A DNA stretch of 64,000 bases from Eutreptiella sp. 'Long Island Sound 2002' (taxonomy: Eukaryota; Protista; Euglenida), in assembly GCA_964036045.1 (NCBI GenBank), contig OZ038379.1, forward strand, positions 20,708,001 through 20,772,000. Reading direction: 5' to 3'. Both the position numbers and the translations under genes were made by a program. Under the pieces are notes generated by a model, which had not been told where the DNA came from, searched no databases, and saw only the letters and a program-made list of their open reading frames with translations. This document shows, piece after piece, positions 59,101 to 64,000 of the stretch. The first letter of the stretch is position 1, and every line of letters starts with the position of its first letter.

Positions 59101-60834
59101 ATTTTCAGATAGACGAGGTAATGGACCCGGAAAATGTCGGGAAAGGAGCAGCCGAGGCACACGCGCCGGGCCGGCTCGTTGGAGCGCATCACCTAGAAAT
59201 TGAGGGAACGGAATTACCGTATTCACTTGCCCAGTCCTAATGCGATGTGCAATGCACCTACATCTCTCGGCACAACGTGCCACCGTGCCGCACTTACCGC
59301 ATGTTCGCGTTGTTTGTGCCGCACGGCTGCCCTGTGTTTGCAGAGTGGGGACACCCCCCCCCCTCTTATTTGCATGTGGAAACCTAAAAACGGGTTGAGG
59401 GGACGGTGGGGTTGCTGTGTGGCTGCTGCAATTGCTGAGCTTCTGTTCTCTGCTGTGTCCAGACGTACCAAATGCCAAGTATCATCTCCCGTTGATGGTG
59501 ACGACTCCCCATCGGAACCGTTAGTGAAGGAACCGGAGTCCGAGGAGTGGGTTCGAGCGACCAGGAGGAAGGAGCCCCCGTAGAGTCACCGCCATGGATA
59601 TGCCCCAGCGTCGACACACTGAACACCACCTGCTGACCAAAAACGGAGGGTGTCCAGTTTCGGACAGAGTTTCGAGACATGCCGAAGCGCCCCACTTGAG
59701 CTGCCCAACACGTTTTTATGGGGGGCTGCATTGACGCAGACCTTGAGGGAAAGGTGAAACAGGAGGGTTTTTGGTACGGCAGTCGGAAAAGAGGTCACCA
59801 AACACGGGATTTTGTGCCATTTTGGGGAGTGCGGATTTGCAAAACGCACTTTTTGCGCCACGTCAATGTCCAACTGCAGTTTTTGCATCACTTCTCCACG
59901 AGGACTGTGGAACGATTGGCCTGTGCGGCTGTTGCTTTGTTGAAGACGCGCATTGTGCAGGGTTTTCTTGTCGCACCGCATGGCGGTCCTCCGAAGGCGC
60001 AGGGCTGGTCACCGTAAAATGGGTGAGCACTAGCAGACTGATAACACCCAGCAGCAGCAGCAGCAGGTAACCGCAACACAAAAAGACCGCAGATGCAGAG
60101 CAGAGAGTAGCTCATCTTCAGGAGTCAATGGGAGGTGTGCAGCGACTTGGGCACAGACGTCATTATGTGCATCACAACACAAGGTACAATCAGCCAAAGA
60201 GGGCAGTGGACAACTGGACCTCGTGGCGTTGGCTCGGAGCCTCGTGGCACACGCGCATCGTCGCAAGCCGTTATGCTTTGCGGCAGAGCAGTTGCCAGGT
60301 AACGTTATGCTATGCTCACGATTTAACCAGAAGTCAGGTATCCTGCCATCCGAGCACTTCAGCACTTTTGCAGACACACCAAGAGACTCCATGAAAACAA
60401 TATCACACAGCATCGGATGCACACATCCCTCCCGCATGCCACATCCCGCATTCCCTTATGCATGTGCACACCCTGCCCTCACGCCTGCTGCGCACAGGCT
60501 TCCCCAGTGTACACACACACACACCTCCCTGTGCATACACCCACACACACCCTTTCCTCATACGTGTGTGCACATGGCTATCCCTCATGCCAAATCTCAA
60601 TTCAGAAACGGACCAGGTGTGAGTGGGAATGAAAGGCAGAGGGCAATTTGGGTGAAGCACCTGCCACTTGCACGAGCACTCGGCACAGAAAATGCGACCG
60701 CACTTACGGCAGTGGTGCCGTCGTGTCCAAAACCCAAAGCCCGTTGCACAGCACGTGCACTCGCTGGTGCTGTCATCAGGCTGCCACAGAACACCTTCAG
60801 GCAGGCACAGTTGTTTGCTGGTACTGAAGCCCAT
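42770..60834 (-). CDS. Multi-exon CAMK-group Ser/Thr kinase with N-terminal FYVE zinc finger, predicted myristoylation site and possible F-box-like segment; C-terminal exon(s) not located
   Basis: Exons: 60661-60834 (FYVE), 58965-59192, 57965-58021 (GRGGFG), 57621-57788 (AALK...E), 55740-55880 (HRDVKPE), 48907-48982 (NII...DFG), 46371-46447 (TPCGSILYSAPE), 44764-~44994 (DIFSAG...LPF), 42770-42859 (PEW...KRPTAAE). Kinase exons are phase-consistent; linkage of FYVE to kinase is inferred. Confidence 0.8.
44764..44994 (-). CDS. Kinase subdomain IX-X exon (…MDIFSAGVLMYVLLVGTLPF…)
   Basis: Subdomain IX motif; 5' boundary uncertain. Confidence 0.8.
46371..46447 (-). CDS. Kinase activation-loop exon (DVTTFCKDNPLNNTPCGSILYSAPE)
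   Basis: TxCGS..Y.APE motif; GTAC donor. Confidence 0.88.
48907..48982 (-). CDS. Kinase DFG exon (NIIVAPDLSLPLKLVDFGLAKYIGP)
   Basis: CACAG acceptor in phase 0. A GTGAAT donor (phase 1) fits the next exon; an alternative donor lies at 48921. Confidence 0.85.
49060..49260 (+). mobile_element. Possible LINE reverse-transcriptase remnant
   Basis: Broken frame 'SQRGV*LQISSGR..IACQT*FSAYNNFIAAPLRQ' loosely recalls RT 'Q.GF....S....A.QTDFS.AYD'. Confidence 0.25.
49360..49454. repeat. (CA)n microsatellite
   Basis: Directly visible. Confidence 0.98.
49700..49840 (+). repeat. Repeat with an inverted partner at 52770-52905
   Basis: atcatgagctgtgaaac(t/g)aaacttgatgcccac(a/g)ccgagcatttggattgt...gcaagacaaacacggtgggatt in both orientations. 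Confidence 0.85.
50085..50235. repeat. Degenerate interstitial telomeric (CCCTAA)n array
   Basis: ccctaa, cccaac, ccttac, cctaag and cctaac variants in 6-bp register. Confidence 0.8.
50480..52110 (-). mobile_element. Longer copy of the telomere-anchored non-coding element, with ~160-180 bp internal tandem units (51194-51800)
   Basis: Units starting ccttgaaaatggg at 51194, 51376, 51537 and 51709; reverse-complement similarity to 23958-24900. Confidence 0.75.
53440..53560 (+). repeat. Copy of 'CCCCTGCCTTCT' repeat family
   Basis: ctcacccctgccttcttggggg...ctcgcccctgccttctcg. Confidence 0.6.
53734..53990. repeat. Two ~97-bp direct repeats separated by (CA)n and (TTAGGG)3
   Basis: gtacccgaactgaggagacggcccccgtgctctacagacccacccacc... 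at 53734 and 53885; (CA)n 53831-53865; gttagggttagggttagggt 53867-53886. Confidence 0.9.
54121..54180. repeat. (CA)n microsatellite
   Basis: Directly visible. Confidence 0.97.
55740..55880 (-). CDS. Kinase catalytic-loop exon (GESLFEAV...HRDVKPE)
   Basis: Canonical sites; HRD motif. Confidence 0.93.
56079..56164. repeat. (CA)n microsatellite
   Basis: Directly visible. Confidence 0.98.
57621..57788 (-). CDS. Kinase subdomains II-V exon (AALKVIEK...REIYTLMSLDHPCCVKL...YICMDLAK)
   Basis: Canonical sites; catalytic Lys and alphaC Glu. Confidence 0.92.
57965..58021 (-). CDS. Kinase Gly-loop exon (GRGGFGGVHACTYKHLPKK)
   Basis: TCTCAG acceptor, GT donor, GxGxxG. Confidence 0.85.
58965..59192 (-). 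CDS. Probable exon with an F-box-like segment (YLKIVEYLPRIEHNALLWTCQTF)
   Basis: TTTCTAG acceptor, GTATGG donor, 76 open codons in phase 0/0. F-box resemblance is by eye only. Confidence 0.5.
60661..60834 (-). CDS. FYVE-domain exon (MGFSTSK...WQPD...RRHHCRKCGRIFC..CS)
   Basis: WxxD and R(R/K)HHCR motifs with Cys ligands; AG directly before ATG; MGxxxS/K myristoylation consensus. Confidence 0.85.
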
Positions 60835-62072
60835 CTTGGTCCACAAGAGCCCAGGTCATCAGCTGGGCACCGGCATCCTGACCCAACAGGAAAACAGCCT
60901 GGAACAGAGACATTGTGCAATCCAGGCAAACGGCAGAATGTTGACATTGAATATTGCAACACCACTTGTCATCAAACACCAGAAGATAAAATGGACCTGC
61001 TGCGGCATACTTCCACCACATAGGCCAAGGGGTATGGTGAAGGTTTCCCAGTTGCCGAGTACGTCCCCGATACAATGCAAAGATACAATATGGCGAAATC
61101 AATGCGTATTGCCTTTCTTTTGCATCCGCCAGTCCAAAGTTCGGCCCCATGCGGGAATGGGAACCATGGCTAAGCCACGGTCCGTAATGGCTTGACATGC
61201 CGGTCTGTCGAGGCGTTAACAAACAAACCCACAGATTTCCCTCGAGATCAATGTGCATGTGTCATTTCCTCACCCCTTTTCTTCAGGTTTATTGACACAT
61301 TTGTTGCCAAACAACAGGTCTCAATTTGCGTTGCAGATGAGCATCGGCCAGGATGTGTGATGCCCATATTGAATGCCCTGCTGAACTGCTCCCATTCAGT
61401 TTAAGAGAATTCAGGTATACAGATGCTAATCTCATTGTTTGGGAACACATTGAGAATTTGTAAAACCTCCGGATTCAAGCGTTCAATTGCTTTCTGTGTC
61501 TTTTGCTGAGTTGGTTTTCTGGGGCAAATTCTCAAAGTGCTGCACATCAAGTTAGCAGCTTCCTAGGGCTGTGCGCGGTAGTTGTAGCCACCCCAAGTCC
61601 AAGGTCACAGCATATAAACGACATTCAATCGAGCTTGTGAATGGCTGAATGGCCGAATGTTTTTGTTGTTTTAAAAGCGGTCTTTTGTTTCAAGAATTTG
61701 TTCTCTATACATCTGGGGCTTGCCAAATATTCTGTTTTTTTTTTATGCCTAGCACCCCCCCTCCGCCGCCCTTGGTCTGATTGCATGCTAAAGAGACAGT
61801 GCAATCCAAATGACGTCCCACAAGGTTTGTTGTTAAACTGGGAATTTCCAATTTCTATTTTGATTCATGCTACGACATACCATAGCCAAATATTCTATTT
61901 TTTCCCCCCTTTGTTCACCCAATGAATTCCCCTTACTCCTACCACACCACCTTGAACACACTTTTGACATGTGCATTGCACCTAACATGATGAAGAAGCT
62001 AAATTTGTGTGTAGCCTCACTTGTTTAAATGCAATTTTTGGACCAGACACAACACCAAACAAATGAGTCGTA

Positions 62073-62494
62073 CCCCGCCCCCCCCTTGTCTAAGCTACGC
62101 CAAAGTACCAAATTAATACGGTCCCTACGCCTACTGTAGCTTAGACACGGCCGTAGCTTGCGCGCGACATATACAACTACCGACACACACGTGGAACGTG
62201 TGAAAATAACCGGGCGTCCGGGTTCAAAAAGAGAAGATTGCATGGTGAGCTAGTGCAAGAAGGGGGAATATAATCCACAAATACCCCCAAAATCAGAGTT
62301 ATGTGGGTTCAAGTGGGCAAACACTCACAACAAATGTGTACATGACCCTATGTACCTGGCAAATTCGTCAAACCCATGTCTTATGTGGTTGCACTAAATT
62401 TGGTACCGAATTAAAATTAGGTACCAAATTAATACGGTCCCTACGCCTACTGTAGCTTAGACACGGCCGTAGCTTAGACAAGGGGGGGGGGTGG
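62073..62494. mobile_element. MITE-like non-autonomous DNA transposon (~420 bp) with ~28-bp TIRs, TA target duplication and 55-bp internal direct repeats
   Basis: TA|ccccgccccccccttgtctaagctacg ... cgtagcttagacaagggggggggtgg|TA. gtaccaaattaatacggtccctacgcctactgtagcttagacacggccgtagctt occurs at ~62105 and ~62421. Confidence 0.75.
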
Positions 62495-63224
62495 TACATC
62501 CTTTCCTTCGCCGTGCCACATCTGCTGTCGAGGGCTGTGGCAGCAAGCAACCTAGGGCAGCAAGCAGATTGTGAGCTGCTGTAGCTCCGCATCCTCAATC
62601 TCAGGAACAAACTCTGGACTAGAGGTGCAAACAAGGGATGTTGCACATGTGAAAAACCAAGGCTCTTGTCTCATTGCGTCACTCAGTGCCTCTTGGAGGT
62701 TTGGCAGCAACACAGCGATATGATTGTTACCCCCATGTACTTTGCACAGTTGAAAATCATGGCACCCACAACAGCCAAAGACTCCAAATGCAGCTCCCAT
62801 TCCTGTGGGTTGTCATTATATGCATTCCTGTAACTGCACAACTCCTTACAAGAGGCACATTTTTTTCGGGTCCTTTCAAGCGTACATCACATTTCATAGT
62901 TGCTGTGGGAGTGAAACATAGATAGTACTCCTGCACTCCTGCATTTTGGGGGGGGGCAGACAGGAGCTTGTGGCACAGACAAAACTGGGTCTTTGATGAT
63001 AAAACACCAGCCCGCCTTTCGGCCATTTTTGCCCACCTCCTGCGATATGTATGTGTCCCACAGCTGTGGTGCTTGGCCCAAGCAGCACCCTTAGCATCTT
63101 GCCTCAACCACACAAGGGGCACAAAAAAAAAGTAAGAGGCCACGAAAAGGTAAAACCTGGAACATGGGGGGGGGGGGGGCGGAGAGAAGGGGTTAAACAC
63201 CAAACACAACACAACGACCAAGTT

Positions 63225-63380
63225 GTTGCTTTGCGTGCGCACTGTGTGCATACTGCGCACGCAGTATGCATGCTGCGCACGCAGAGGCCGGGATACTCAC
63301 CCAAGAATACCTGTCACCTGACTGGTTGCACCGCGAAGCAGCAAAGCCCACATGAGAACAACAAAACTGCCTTCAACTTG
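63225..63380 (+). repeat. Dispersed repeat, partner at 32490-32625
   Basis: See partner. Confidence 0.8.
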
Positions 63381-63669
63381 GTACTCCACTGTCCCTATGA
63401 ACAAACCACTCAGCCTTGTAAAGTCCGCTTGCTTTGAGCGTTTCGGTGCCCGTGGCTTCGCTCTTGGAGGCGGCAATGAGGTGTCCATTGACTCAGAGCG
63501 CGGGGAATGTGTTGTCCGTGGTCTCTTGGGTGATGGGGACCGCGAATAGGGTGAAGGGGAGGGCAGTGGTGATTCTGAGCGTGGACGCGACACACTTGTT
63601 AATGGCAAGCGAGGACAGTGATGTGGTGGGGATGAAGGCCGTACCACAAACTCCTCAAGGTCCGCGGGC

Positions 63670-63725
63670 TATGTATGGCTACATCACCCCTGCCTTCTCG
63701 GGGTCCCCACAGTGGGGAGAGTTCA
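63670..63725 (+). repeat. Copy of 'TGGCTACATCACCCCTGCCTTCTCGGGGTCCCCA' family
   Basis: Clean core of the family seen at 11400, 12463, 37115 and 53440. Confidence 0.7.
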
Positions 63726-64000
63726 ATATGGGGGATGGAAAATGGGTGAAAATGGTTGACATTGGGCAACAAAGGGTGACAATTCAAATGTGCCACATCC
63801 CAAATGCATAGAAAGCTAAAAAAAAACCTCCGGTATGGAACCAAAAACTTGTCAAAAGGGGCCAAAAGTAGGGTCCGAGTATTTGCCGACATCCAAAACT
63901 TCGCACTGCGTGCACGGCATTCCCAATGCAACCCCAAAACCACTCACAAAAAACAATGCCTTGGCTCCACCTTAAAATTGCATAAATGAGTGAACCCACC

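Noticed and set aside
63297-63647. Ser/Pro-rich minus-strand ORF
   Set aside because: Low complexity and overlaps the dispersed repeat shared with 32490-32625; no domain evidence.

Overview
Repeat-rich eukaryotic nuclear DNA. GT-AG introns, TTAGGG tracts, AG acceptors just before start codons and gag-YR retroelement relics suggest a euglenozoan or euglenid-like protist (inference only). Three recognisable genes all lie on the minus strand. (1) An intronless 2100-aa bacterial-type alpha-2-macroglobulin whose thioester CxEQ motif reads YVES and which has no signal peptide. (2) An ~11-12-exon, mitochondrion-targeted, bacterial-Icd-type isocitrate dehydrogenase homolog (16489-32351) with most catalytic and metal-binding residues substituted, so probably a pseudoenzyme. 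(3) A multi-exon CAMK-type protein kinase with a predicted N-myristoylated FYVE domain and a possible F-box-like segment (~42770-60834). Intergenic and intronic DNA holds two decayed tyrosine-recombinase retroelement relics, a telomere-repeat-anchored repeat family, a TA-flanked MITE, transposase remnants, an EF-hand fragment, an antisense duplicate of IDH exons and long microsatellites. Exon structures were deduced by eye from splice sites, phase and homology recalled from memory; none is database- or transcript-verified.
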